64,000 bases of DNA from assembly GCF_009914755.1 (NCBI RefSeq), contig NC_060934.1; one strand, given 5' to 3'. The position numbers and the translations under genes are program-made. Positions 1-14,792 of the stretch are shown here, in pieces. Position 1 is the first letter of the stretch, and each line of letters begins with the position of its first letter. Below the pieces are notes generated by a model that worked only from the letters and a program-made list of their open reading frames with translations, did not search any database and was not told where the DNA came from. Origin of the DNA: the human T2T-CHM13v2.0 reference genome, Homo sapiens.

Positions 1-1556
1 TGACTGCTTTGTTCCTCTGCAAAGTAAATAATATATTTTTCTGTCAACTTTTGGTGTACAGAAGTGGGCTCATTAACATCAATAAGCCACTCTGTACCCA
101 AATATAAGAGCTAAACATAAAAAATGAATCAGTAATGGGAGACACTAAGTGTTGAATTAAACAGCGAAATATCTTGGGCCTCTGGAATCATTCCTGCGCA
201 TTGAAGACTGACTTAGTAACACCTTTTCCTGAGTAACACAGTGGGTTTGCTCTGCCTCTATTTATTTTCTGTCTTTTTTCCCTAAGCCTGTTTGCATAAA
301 AACGAAACGTTTCTGGTTTCCCACCTGCATAACACCATTCTGCTACTCTTCTATACTCCTTTAATTAATCAGTCATCATGAAATCATTTTATATTCCTCC
401 CATCTCATGAATAGAGAAAACTATCCATAGATCCTATTGAGCCATTCACAGTGCTTGCTAACATCCCATTGATGGTAGGTTTTATAAAAGAAAGCAAATC
501 AAGACTTCTGTTATATTTAAAGTTTCACATCCATAAAGGTTTATTGCGGCCTCCCTGCAATTGACTCCTAGAAAATGCTTTCTTTCAGTGAATTTCAGTG
601 CAGATCATTTAAAGGGGGAGAAATATGCAATTATTGCAGAAACAAAACCTAAAGGACCAAATTTCTTCACCCAAAAAAATAAATAAATACACGGTTCTAT
701 AAGATACATGCACTTTGAAATATCTCTACATAAATTGCCAAATATAACTAGGAGCGCTTCAGAAGGCTGGTTAGCTATTTAAGGTATATACAAAGAAGAT
801 TGGATAAAAATTTGCAAATAGGAATGTTAAGATCTTTTTATCTTTCATGTTGTGACAAATTAAATACATTATTCACTATAAAAATTTCAAATTAACAGAA
901 AAGCACCAGGAAGAAAATAAAATAAAATCCACTGGTAATCCTTTAATCTTTTACATAGAAAGAACCACATTATTAATATTATGCATATTTTAAATATTTT
1001 TCTATTAGAGCTTTTTTGGGTTTTAGTTTTAGTTTTCACAAAACAAGGATCATGCTCCATGTGTTTTAAACCTTGATTTTTTTCAATTAAAGATACACTC
1101 TGAACAATTTCCTGTGGTATTAGGTTCCTAAAATGTGATTTTTGTCAGCCATATATTCTATATGTTAATATACCACAAATTATTTAGTTCCTGTTTTTAA
1201 GTTGGGATTTTTTAGTACACATAATTGTAATTACAACTTTACATAAATTTTTGTATGCCCCTTATTATTTCCTTAAGAGAGACTTCTGGAAAAATTACTG
1301 ATTTTGCTAGCCAAACAGTACTTTAAAGATGTTTAGAAAATGTTGTCAAGATGTCCATGAAGGACATGTCATTCATTTAATCTATGAAAATTATATTAAA
1401 TTTTATTTATTTTTTTCCAGCTTCTTGGAAGCATTATTGACAAACAAAATTCTATAAATTTAAGGTATACAATGTGATGTTTTTGTATACATATACGTTG
1501 TGAAATGATTACCACAATTAACCTAACTGACATATCTACTACCTCACATAGTTAGC

Positions 1557-1558
<2 letters not shown>

Positions 1559-1592
<34 letters not shown>
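1559..1592. repeat. (TG)17 microsatellite
   Basis: Direct read. Confidence 0.95.
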
Positions 1593-1596
<4 letters not shown>

Positions 1597-2135
1597 GTGA
1601 AATCACTCTAGATCTACTCTTTTAACAAATTTTGAGTACAAAATACATTATTAACTACAGTCATCATGCTGTACAGGAAGTCCCCAGAACTTACTCATCT
1701 TATACCAGAAGGTTTTATGCTTTAACTAACATCTCCCCAACATTCACCCCCGAGCCACTGGCACACCATAGTACTCTGTTTTTATTAGTTTGGCTATTTT
1801 AGAGTCCACAGATAAGTGAGATTATGTAGTATTTGTCTTTCTGTGGCTGGTCTATTTCACTCAACATAATTTCCTCCAGGTTCATCCATGTTGTCACAAA
1901 TAAGATTTCCTTCTTATTTGAAGCAGAATAGTATCCCATTGTGTGTATATACATTTTCTTTAAGAATTCACCAGTTGATGGACACTTAGGTTGATTTCAT
2001 ATCTTGGCTTTCTACAATGGCTGTACTAATTTACATTTCCACCAATTGCATGCAAGGGCTCCCTTTCTCCACTTCCTCACCAACACTTTCTTTCGTCTTT
2101 TGATAATAGCCTCTCTAACAGATGTGAGGTGATAT

Positions 2136-3130
<995 letters not shown>

Positions 3131-5627
3131 ATATCTTTTAGGTTTTAGTTTGCATTCCTTTAATCAATAGTGATGTTGACCATTTTTCCATATACCTGTT
3201 GGCCATTTGTTTGTCTTCTTTTGAGAAATGTCTATTCAGATCCTTTCACCCATCTTTAAATCAGGTTATTTGTTTTCTTACCATTGAGTTGACTGAGTTT
3301 CTTATGTATTTTGAATATCAACCCCTTATCAGATGTATAATTTGTAAATATCTTCTCCCATTCTGTAGGTTGCCTCCCCAGTCTGTTGATTGTTTCTTTG
3401 TAGTTTGATGTAATTTCTTTGTCTATTTTCAATTTTGTTGCCTGTGCTTTGGAGTTCATAGCCAAAAAATAATTGCCCAGAATAACATCATGGAGCTTTT
3501 CCCCTATGTTTTCTTCTAGAAGTTTTACAATTTCAGGTCCTACAGTTAAGTCTTTAATCCATCTTGAGTCAGTTTCTGTATATGGTGTGAGAAAAGAGTC
3601 TAATTTCATTCTTCTGCATGAAGATACCCAGTTGTGGAAGAGATGCTCATTCCCTGTTGTGTGTTCTGGTACCTTTGTCAAAACTCAGTTGACCATATAT
3701 AAGTAGATTTATTTCTCTTCCATTCAATTATATGTTGTTGTTTTTGTTTTAATGCCAGTACCATGATGTTTTGATTACTATAGCTTTGTAGCATATTTTA
3801 AATTCAGGTAATATGTGACCTCCAGCTTTGTTCTTTTTGCTGAGGATTCCATTAGGTATTCTGGGTCATTGTGGTTCTATATGATTTTTAGGATTATTTT
3901 TTCTATTTCTGTGAAAATGTCATTGTAATTTTTATAGGAATTTCACTGATTATGTCAATTACTCTGAGTAGTATGGACATTTTGACAATATTAATTCCTC
4001 CAATCTGTGAACATGGAATATCTTTCCATTTATTTGAATCTTCTTCAATTTATTTCATCAGTGTCTTATAGTGTAGGTTTCAGCATATAGAACTTTCACT
4101 TCCTTGGTTGAATTTATTCCTATTTTGTTATTTTTGATAATATCATAAACAGGATTATTTTCTTGATTTCTTATTTGGATAGCTCGTTATTTGTGTACAA
4201 AAATTGGTATACAAAAATGAAACTGATTTTTGGATGTTGATTTTTTATTCTGCAAGTTTTCTGAATTCATTTGTTGTAAGGTTTTTTAGTGGAGTTCTTA
4301 GGGTTTTCTATATAAATTACCGTGTTGTCTGCAAAAAAGAGACAATTTAACATTTTCTATTCTGACTTGAATACTTTTTACTTCTTCCTGTTACCTAATT
4401 ATTCTGTCTAGGACTTCCAGAACTATCTTGACTAGAAGTGGTGAGAGTAGGCATTCAAGTCTTATTCTTGATCTTAGAAAAAAAAAAAAACTTGCCACTT
4501 TTTGCTGTTATGTATGATGTTAGCTGTGGGTTTGTAATATATGGCTTTTATTGTGTTGAGGTACATTTTTTCTATCACTAATTTATTGAGAATTTTATCA
4601 TGAAAGGACATTGAGTTTTGTCAAATGCTTTTTATGCATCTATTGAGATGATAATATAGTTTTTCTTCTTTATTCTGTTACTATGGTACATATACATTTA
4701 TAGATTTGTGAATGTTTAACCATCCTTACATCCCTAGGATACTAGGATACTTTTAAACTGTTGTTGAATTCAGTTTGCTGATATTTCCTTGAGGATTTTT
4801 GCATTTATGTCCATCAGCATTAATGGCCTGTAATTTTCTTGTTTTGTCCTTGTCTGACCTTACTATCATAGTAATGCTGGCCTCTTAAAATGAGTTTGGA
4901 AATATTCCTTCTTCTAAGTTTTTTTTTTTTCTCTGAGAAAGTTTGAGAATGATTGATATTTGCTCGTTAAATATTTGGTAGAATTCAGCAATGAAGCCAT
5001 CAGGTCCTGGGCTTTTCCTCGATGGGAGACATCTTATTACTGATTCATTCTCATTATTCATAATCAGTCTGTTTAGATTTTCTGGTTTTTTATGATTCAG
5101 TCTTGGTAGGTGCTATGTGTCTAAGGATTTATCCATTCCCACTAGGTTATCCAATTTGTTGGTAAATAATTTTTCGTAGTCATCTCACGATCCTTTATAT
5201 TTCTCTGGTATCAGTTGTAATGTCTCCTTTTCATTTCTGATTTTATTTTTCTTCCTTTTTTCTTTGTCTAGCTAAAGTTTTGTCAATTTTGTTTCTTTTC
5301 AAAAAACCAACTGTTTCATTGATCTTTTCTACTGTTTTTCTAGTTTCTAATTTATTTCTGTTCCGATCTTTGTTATTTCATTCCTTCTGCTAACTTTGGG
5401 CTTAGTTTGTTCTTTTTCTAGTTCCTTGAGATGTCAAGTTCAGTTGTTTGTGATCTTTCTTCTTTTTTAATATCACTATGTGTTTCCTTCTTAGTACTGC
5501 TTTTGCTGCATCACGTAAGTTTTGGTAAGTTGTGTTTTGTTTTCATTTCTCTTATTTTCTATTTTCTCTTTTGATTTCTTCTTTGACCTATTGGATGTTC
5601 AGAAGTATGATGTTTGATTTCCACAAA

Positions 5628-6013
5628 CAGTCTGCATCACTTAACGACAGGGATACATCCTGCGAAATGCATTGTTAGGTGACTTTGTCATTTGTGCTAA
5701 CAAAATAGAGAGTACTTACACAACCCTAGAAGATAAAGCCTACTACACAAACAGGCTATATGGTATAGCCTATTGCTCCCAGGCTACAAACCTGTACAAC
5801 CTGTTACTGTACTGAATACTATGGGCAATTGTAACACAATGGTAAGTATTTGTGTATCTAAACAAAGAAAAGGTAATGTGTTGTGCTGAGTCATTAGGCT
5901 GCTGCCATGCCACTAGGAAACAGGACTTTTTGAGCTAGATTACTATCTAATGGGACCACAGTAGTATATGCAGTTAGTCCCTGATGGAAATGTTATTATA
6001 CTACACATGACTA
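5628..6013 (+). mobile_element. Tigger3-family (MER7/Golem) non-autonomous DNA transposon inserted in L1
   Basis: cagtc...cttaacgacagggatac start, ...atgggaccac...catgact end. Confidence 0.85.
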
Positions 6014-7699
6014 TATTTGTGAACTTTCTAGTTTTCCTCCTGCTGATTTCTAGTTTCATACCATTGTGGTTGGAAAAGATACTAGATGATTTCAACTTTC
6101 TTAAATGTGTTAAGACTATTTGTGCACTGGGTGGGATGATGTGGTTCCCGTTCTGATTTGGGCATAGTCTACATAGTCTAGGTGCAGCTACATCAGCTGA
6201 GGGCAGTGATGCTGAAGATTGCAGGGTCCCAGTGGCCAATGCTGTTATGTCCACAGCATTGAGGACAGCTGTTGGGGTCTTAGGTGGTGAAGACTGCTGA
6301 GGTCGTCCTGATCTGTTTTTCTCCAATAGAGGAAGTCTTAGAAGAAGGAATCCCTCTTGGTGCCAGGTATAGCTCACAGGTGTGCTTATATGATAGGGAC
6401 ACTGCCTGATGCATGGTGCCCAGGGAGTGGCCAGGAAGCCCATGTCTAGAACCAGGCTGTCACGGAGTTTCAGGCCTCCTGGGTCTGAGACAGCAGAGGC
6501 CCTTGTTTTCATGGTGCAGGGCCTCCCACTGCCTCTTTGGTAATGGTGTATGAGGCATGGGAGCTTGTTGGGCAGCCGTGAATTTAGTGTCTAGAGCCTG
6601 GGCAGAAGCAGAGTTACAGCAAGGGGTGTGGAGGCGCCTGCTGTGGATTGGCTCTGGTGTCTGAGGCTGGAGATGGGGAGGCTGCATAGGAGCCAGGGTC
6701 TAGAGCAACCACCACTTGCGGTTAGGGTAAGCCCAAGGTTGGCAAGAGTGGTTGCCTTGTCCCAGGGTGGTACAAGAGCAGCTCTTTCTTGGGAGTCAGG
6801 GAGTGCAGCAATATCTCCCTCACCCAAGGACACAAGGTGGCATTGGCTGTTGGCTACCTCAGTGGTGAAAGCTGCTGGTATCTTTCATGGCACAAGCTAC
6901 TGGGGTCCATATGCCTCCACTAAATACTAGGAGGGAACTAAGGAGTTCAAGGCTGCCACAGGGCTGTGGAGGTCTCAGGCATGAAGATCACCAGAGTCCT
7001 CCACAGAGCCAGTCTTTGGGGATGTGCTGGCAACCACTGCATGGCCAATAAATAGCTCTTGCCCTTCCTTGTTTGCAGCTGTCTCCAGAAGTCTCAGTTA
7101 TGCTGATCTCCACAGTGATCCTTTCTAGGAGGTTATTATCCATTTTTTGTCCCACCGTGTTGCTGCAGTTTCTTAGTTGAGGAAATGTCCGGCTTTCTTG
7201 CAGCTTAAGGCCTATTTGGAAGAATTGGCTAAGTTAGACCAACTGGAGTTATCTCCTAGGATTTTATATGCAAACAGTAAGAGAAATACTCTTTCCTCTC
7301 AATTGGGAGCTATAATTATACTATCCTGGAGTTCTCATCAGTCTTGCCCTCTGCTGTGTGGAGGCAACAGAATAAAGAGGTCAAGAACTATGATGGAAGC
7401 TGAAGAAAATGGTAGTGGCCACAAGAACCACAGTCTTTAAGCTGATTTGATTCCCTAGACTCATCTCTCTGTTCCCAGTTACAAAAGACAGTATGGTGCT
7501 CCCTGCCTTTTTGTCTTTAACCTACTTGTCTAACACAGACTCCTTCTGGTTCATGCTAGTAAGTGCCTTACTTTCTTTTCTTCTATTTTAGAAGATGGGA
7601 TCTAGGAGTCCTAGAAGCAAGAGACTAGAAAGGAGATTCTAAGCTTAAGTCCATGTTTTTATTATTCTTTCCTGTAGCACTACTTTCTCCAACTATTTT

Positions 7700-7832
7700 A
7701 TTTACTCATACAATTAATTCAATCAACAAATATTGAGCAACTCTTATTCACCAGATAGTCTACTATGTGCTGAGGATACAGCAGTAAACAAAATGCATAA
7801 AATTCTTTACCCTCAGGGAATGTGCTTTCTAG
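7700..7832 (-). mobile_element. L2 3' end fragment
   Basis: ttcaatcaacaaatattgagc...tgctgaggatacagcagtaaacaaa motif. Confidence 0.65.
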
Positions 7833-8361
7833 TTACTTTACCATGATTATTGCCTAGTTAACTAGTGGTGACAAGAAAATTAATCATTAGAAGTACGTCC
7901 CTTGTGAATTTGGCACCCATATGCATATCCTTAAGAATTGTGGAGCCATCCCAAAGTGAGGATTCTGAAGATGGATTATTGTGCTGCTTGCTCAAGCTTG
8001 TGCTTGACTCCCCAAACTTGCCTGCTCACTCTCCCAGCAGACCAGCTAGTGTGGGGTGCCCCAAGCAAGAGAGGTTTTTAGGATGCAGACTGGCTGATGT
8101 AGGTTATGCAGGTCTTTACCTCCATTGATGTGGGCTCATGTTTCAGGCAGATGGGGAGTACTTAAGGTGGCAAATCCTTTATGGAGAGAAAACTTGACAT
8201 TCAGATGGTTGTTTTTAAATGTTTCACTTTTTGTACAGTTGACAGATATCATAAATAATATCAACCTTTACATTTGATATGGAGTTAAACTTGATCAGTA
8301 CTACTAAATAAAATCAAGATCTGGTGGGGAAAAAGAAAACAAAAAAAAAAACAAAAAAAAA
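7833..8361 (+). pseudogene. Probable 5'-truncated processed pseudogene fragment (source gene unidentified)
   Basis: Non-repeat sequence with a decayed frame ending ...EFGTHMHILKNCGAIPK* (TGA 7957-7959), UTR-like segment, AATAAA at 8307-8312 and A-rich tail at 8330-8361. Confidence 0.55.
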
Positions 8362-8365
8362 GTTA

Positions 8366-8401
8366 TCTTTATTTGGAGATTTATTAATCTCCAAATAAAG
8401 A
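8366..8401. repeat. Perfect 16-bp inverted repeat with 4-nt loop
   Basis: TCTTTATTTGGAGATT-tatt-AATCTCCAAATAAAGA. Confidence 0.95.
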
Positions 8402-11400
8402 CAGTAACAGGGTAATCGTCTGCCTAACATGATGTAACTATCCCGTGTGTAACCAAAAATGCACTAATCTCTTCCCAGAATAGGAGGCAAATCCCTTAGG
8501 CAATGTTTACTCTTCTGATATGCCATAACTTAAACATGTTGATGTAAAATTAACTATACTTAAATACTGATATAAATGCAATAAATCTTGTATTACATGA
8601 TAAAGAAATAAGAAAACAAAAACAACACATGTACATATGCACATATATTTTTCACAAAATAGGAAATACATGACAACTACAGTCCTCATTTCTGTAACTG
8701 ATCACGTGGTTGTAGCTAGCATTTATAACAACATTTTTCTATTAAAAATTTTGTATTTTCTTTACCTGCAGCAAGCAACTCAACTGGTCATGGTTCTTTT
8801 GTTGGTGGGGTGACTATAACCTTCATGCCAAGATTCTGGGCCATTCATAGTCTTGCCTGAATTGGGTGGTTGTAATTTCCCATGATGGTAATCACAGGTC
8901 ACGGTCATACTAAAAGACACCCGAAGGGATCTCCTGTATTGCAGACCCACCCTTCCTTACCTCCATTGTGGAGTAGTAGTCAAGTTTCCCCTTTGTAGTC
9001 AGGTTCAATTATCTTAGCCAGAGTCACAACTCCTTTCTTAGCTTGTTGACACAGAGGCACCAGTAGCCCAAAGTGGCCGAGTATCAATCTTAACTTCCAG
9101 TTCAGTTGGAATCATTGCTGTGTCTCCTGGCGGAATGATTCTTCCCTCCAAAATTATGACCTCCATGCCAGCAGAGCATAAAGTCATGGGAACAGAAAGC
9201 AAAAATTTTGCTACTGGATCACTAGAGATAATGGTGAGTGGTGCTACTCCCGTTTCCACCCCATAATTCCTGGATCCATGAATCCTGGCTATGGAAGAAA
9301 TAGTATCAAATCTTGGACATTAATTCAGAGCATATACACCCTTCTGTTGAACCTTGCCCCAGCCCTACAGAGCACCTACCTGGTGCTGTAACTGCAACTT
9401 CAAAAGACCATCTGACTGCATGATCAAGCTAGCTAGCTACTTCAGGATGATGGGGAACATGGTAAGACCAATGAATTCCATGAGCATGAGTACATTGCCA
9501 CACTTCTTTGGCTATACAGTGAGTTCCTTGGTCAGAAGAAATGCTGTGTGGAATACCGTGACAGTGGATAAGGCACTCTGTGAGTCCAGAGATGGTAGTT
9601 TTGGTAGAAGCATTGCATGCAGGGAAGGTAAATCTATGTGAGTGTCTATTTTAGTAAGGACAAAATACTGTCCCTTCTATGATTAAAGTAATACAATGTA
9701 ATCATCCTGCCACCAATGTAATCATCTTGCCATTTTGTAGCTAGCCAATCATCCCAAGGGCATGGTACCATATAGGGGGCTCAGTGTTGGTCTCTGCTGC
9801 TGACAAATTGGGCACTCAGTGGCTGCTATAGCCAGCTCAACCTTGGTGAGTGGAAGTTCATGTTGCTGAGCCCATGTATAACCTCCTTCCCAGCCACCAT
9901 GGCCACTTTGTTCATGAGCCCATTGGGTGATAATAGAGGTGGCTGGGGAAAGAGCCTAACTACTAGTCACAGAATGGATCACTGTATCCACCTGTATCCA
10001 CATACCTCTTGCCCAAATTTCTTCATCATCAATTTTCCAATCATGTTCCTTCCAGTTCCCTGATTCCTTGATCATTTGTCCAAACCATTGGCTACAGCTC
10101 TGGCCATTTCTCCTTTCAAGTAAAGTGCACAACCAGCTACACTGCCATATGTTCTGCCCACTAAGATTTCCCTTCACCACTGTCTTTCAAGGATGTCCCA
10201 GAAAGGGACTGTATTGCTGCAAGCTGTCCATGCAGAACCATCTGTAAACGAGGCCCCAGTCTTCTTTTTCTCTGTCAATTGATTATAGAGTACTCTCCAT
10301 TAGGCCATAGGTGCAGGCTAGGAGAGAGAAGACAGTGTAGCAGGAGTGAACTATGGGCATTTGGGCCATTTCATATAACTTACTTGTGCCTTCAGGACCT
10401 GTTCAAGCAGGATCATATATAGACCATTTCCATTTAATAATAAAGTGTTAATGTGCATGCCCAACTTAACAATATGTTGGGTCAGATAACACCCAATTTA
10501 TAATGGGCAGCTCAGGTCACGTGGTAACCTGACAGCCTATGGTCAAACATTTAGTATCAACTGAGGCCCAGCACCAGGCCAAAAGCTGTCTTTCAAAAGG
10601 AAAGTAGTTATCTGTGGATGATGGCAGGACCTTGCTCCAAAATCCTAAGGGCCTCAGCTGCAATTCACCTATGGGGGCCTTCCAAAGGCTTCAAACGGCA
10701 TTCCTACCTACCGCTGACAGCTCAAGTACCATGGATCTGCTGATTCATGTGGCCCAAGTGGCAGAGCAGCTTGCACAGCAGCCTGGACCTCTTATAGAGC
10801 CTTCTCCTCTTCTGGGCCCCACTCAAAACTAGCAGCTTTCTGGGTCACTCAGTAGATGGGCCAGAGTAAAACATGCAAATTAATAATATGTTGCCTCCAA
10901 AATCCACATAGGCCCACTAGGCATTGTGCCTCTTTCTCAGTTGTAGGAGCAGCCAGATACAACAATTTATCCTTCCCCTTAGAAAGGATATCTTGACACG
11001 CCCCATACCACTGGACCTCTAGAAACTTCACAGAGGTAGAAGGCCTCTGAATTTTAGGGGGACTTATTTCCTATCTTCTGACACACAAACTTCTGGCCAA
11101 TAAGTCCAGACTGGTTGGTACTTCATGCTCACTAGATCCAATCAGCATAACATCATCAACATAATAGACCAGTATGATATCTTGTGGAAGGGAAAGGCAA
11201 TGAAGATCCCTGAAAGCCTAATTGTGACATAGTGCCAGAGGGTTGATGTACTTCTGAGGTAGAACAGTGAAGGTATATTGCTGGTCTTGCCAGCTAAAAG
11301 CAAAGAGCTTCTGGTGGGCCTTATGGACAGGAATGGAAAATGAGGCATTTGCCAGATTAATAGCTACACACCAGGATATGTGTTCATTTGCTCAGGCAAT

Positions 11401-13803
11401 GAAATGCCAACTGGTACAGCAGTTGGAACTGGGGTCACAATTTGGTTAAGGTTACAATAATCCACTGTCATTCTCCAAGATCCATCTGTCTTCTTTACAG
11501 GCCAAATAGGAGAGTTGAATAAAGATGAGGTGAGAACAACTACCCTTGCATCTTTCAAGTCCTTGGTGGTGGCACTAATTTCTATTGTTTTTGATTCACT
11601 ATTTTCCTAGGTAGAGGTGGCTCTAATGGCTTCAATTTGGCCTTTCTCACCACACTACCTTTCACTCCATTAGTTTAGGAACTAATGTGGGGATTCTGCC
11701 CACTGCTAAGTATGTCTGTGCCAATTATACATTCTAGAATTAGAGAAATGACCACAGACTGGGTTTGGGGACCCACTGAACCCACTGTGAGGCAGACCTG
11801 AACTGCAACTCCATTGATCACCTGACCTCCATAAGCTCCTACTTTTGCTGACGAGCCACAGTGACATTTTGGGTCTCCTGGAATCTGTCAGTACAGAGCC
11901 AGTGTCCAATAGTCCCCAAAGGTCTGATTATTTTCTTTTCCCCAGTGCACAGTTACCCTGGCAAAATGCCATAAGTCTTTGGGGGAAAGCTAAAGGAAAC
12001 ATTATCAGTACAAATTTTTGGTGTACCAGGGTCCTTCCTGGAGGGGACCTGGTCTCCTCTGCTTTCAAGGGGTTTTTTAAACTGACTCATGTCTGGAACT
12101 AATTGAGGGGCCATGATTCTCTGTTTTTATTATTGGAGTTAGACTTTTTGTTTGCTTGACCTGAAAGTGTTCTGCTTATATAGTAAAGTAAGGATTTAAT
12201 AGGCTTCCTATCTATTTTATATCTAGGAACACCGTAATTGACTACTCAATGCCTTAGGTCTACATGAGTCAGACTATTCTGATTGTTGCTTTGCCTCTTC
12301 TATTCATTACAATAACTACATCCACTTTACCTTTGCTGTTGGGAACCACCACTTGGCCCCTGCCACCCCAGATCCAGTTATCCCCATTGCATGTAAGTTT
12401 TCCCATTGAGTGACACAGCTTCTCACCATAAGGTCAGGCCTACAGAGAAGTGCAATCACAGAGCTCTTCAAGGATGCTGTAACTCCCCTTACAAATCTGT
12501 TTCTCAAAGTATTCGTGAAAGATTGATCTGGACCTTCCCAGTGTAGGCCAGTAGGTTTTACATAAAAAATCCACTCTAGCATTACAGTCTCTTTAAGCCT
12601 CTAAATCCCTTCCTTTATGTTAACCAAAGGGAGATGAGGCTTATCCAACTTGCCCTCAGTGGGTCATCTTTTGATCTATGTTTCAGCCAACCAACCAAAC
12701 AAACTGCTACTGCCTTTACTAACTTCCTGAGCTGCAATGTTACATGCAGAATCTCTGCTTAGCGGGCCCATATCAATAAATTCAGCCTATCCCACTATTC
12801 CTTCCATCATTATTCTACACCTTTAGTATCAATTTCCATATATTTCCCCCCTTTCCTGCTTATATAAATTAGAAAACTCTATCAGAGTATAGGGCACCTC
12901 CTCATGGGTCACACTCTCTACATCACTTTTAGGGGCCTGCTGGGTCTCAAGTCTAGTTACAGGGATAGAAGCAAAGAGGGATGGTGGGCATGAGTCCTGA
13001 GGAGAATCAGCATTGTCTTTCTTGGCAACTGCCTCAAGGGAGGCCACTAACCTTCTCCATAGGCAATGCACAGATCATCCTTTCAGAAAGAGATGGAAAG
13101 GCCAATACCACTGTGGGTGAGAACGCCACTGCCTTGGAAGGTGGAGAGACCACTTCCACTGGCAAACAAGACTCATGGAGATTTAAGAGCTCAATGTTCC
13201 CAGCCTCATCAGAGTCTTCTCACACATCCCCATCCCAACTTATAGGATCCCATTCTTTCCCAACCAATGCCCTCTCTTTAACAGCAGACACCCTGTGAGG
13301 CTGGGAGTTCAACTTTTGCTGTAATGCAGCTAATTGCATGACAAGGGCTTGTGTTGATTTTCAGCAATTTCAGCCCTATATCTACAGCAAAGAAGATTCT
13401 AACTCAGGGCACATTCAGAAGCTCTTAGGCTATTTATACACAGCTGCAGCTGGTAAATCAAATTCATAAGCTCATCCTTTTCTTTCATTGCTTCGTCCAG
13501 CAACATTAGGAGTAACCAACCAATATCATTATATTCCTTGGTTTTCCACAAATGTTCAAAATATCACATGCCAAGTCACCAAGTTCCTTGCCTTTTATAC
13601 ATGGTGAATTAAAAGTATCAAATGCATTTTCTGCATGTCTCTGTAAACAGTTCACACCAGGCACTTTGTACTATTAGAAGTAGAGTCCTTAGCATTTTTA
13701 GGTCTAATTGGATAGAGAGCCAATTCCAGGAAACTCCAAAACCAATTAAGAAAACTCATCCTTAAAATTCTATTTCTCTAGGACGATACCTGGTACCAAA
13801 ATC
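8386..13803 (-). mobile_element. ERVL (HERV-L/ERVL-B4-like) internal region: decayed gag, pro, RT, RNase H/IN, dUTPase
   Basis: RT-like FNSPIWPVKKTDGSWRMTVDY (11364-11558); gag-like WEGPDQSFTNTLRNRFVRG (12316-12582); dUTPase-like IPPGDTAMIP (9038-9259); PBS-like gattttggtaccagg next to the LTR. Confidence 0.9.
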
Positions 13804-14003
13804 TGTATTAGTGAGGGTTCTCTGAGACACAGAACCAATAAGATAGATATAGATATGTAAGAGGAGAAGAATTGGCTCACATGATTATGGAGGCTGAGAA
13901 ATCCAAGAGAGATCATCAGTAAGCTGTATACCGTGGGCTCCTGGTAGCATGGCTAAGTTCAAGTCCAAAGGCCTGAGAACCCGGTAGACCACTGATGTAA
14001 GTC
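13804..14003 (-). mobile_element. MLT2-type 5' LTR of the ERVL (partial)
   Basis: tgtattagtgagggttctc...acagaaccaata...ggctcacatgattatggaggctgag, abutting the PBS. Confidence 0.8.
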
Positions 14004-14792
14004 AGCACACAGCCTTCCTTCTTGATACCCATGCCCTGTAGTGTCTACTAAAGATACTTTCAGTTATTCCTGGAAGTCAGGATGGAGAATGTTTTTCTAC
14101 AGGAGACCAACTCTGATGGCAGAGTCACAATGTCAACCCTTCCCGGCAAAATGAATTAAAATTAAATTTAAATTGAATTTTAAAATTAGGAATGCAGTGT
14201 ATGGCCCCATCCTATGGATGACAATATGGAAGAAAAAGTCCGAAAGGAATAAATGGAGGTCAGAGTATGGAGTGCAAGGCACTACAGAAAAAGTAGAGAA
14301 AAGTGGAAGAAAAACAAGGCGGAAAAAGGCAGAAGCAGCATAAATGCATAGGAAGAGGAAAGTGAGAAAACAGAGAACAAAGGATTAGGAAGCTGATAAT
14401 GACAAACAGACAGTGAGTCCTTCCTAGTGTGAGTCAGTCACCTCCAGGACTGCAGCCTAAGAAGTAACAAGAACAATGCATCTTTAGGAATGATAGCCAG
14501 CTCAACAAGAGAAATCAACAGAAAAGTGTAACAGATGAGATGGAGCACAGGGAATAGAGACTGAAACCCATTTCTTTGGCTGACCAGCTTTTGCCAGCTC
14601 TCTGGTCATCTAAGCATAAAATGCAGCATTTGTGCAGGTGCACCTGTAGATATAATGGCTTAACATATTGTAGGTTAATTTTGTATGATTCTTTATGTGT
14701 AAAGAGTAGAAAAGAATGAATTATTTTCATAAAACTGTTAATTCTCATAAAACAATTCCAGCAATACTAAATAGTAGAAGAAAAAAATGAGA

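Noticed and set aside
5943-6930. 189-aa and neighbouring ORFs
   Set aside because: They span L1 5'-like sequence, an L1 ORF2 remnant and a Tigger insertion, so they are chimeric repeat-derived frames.
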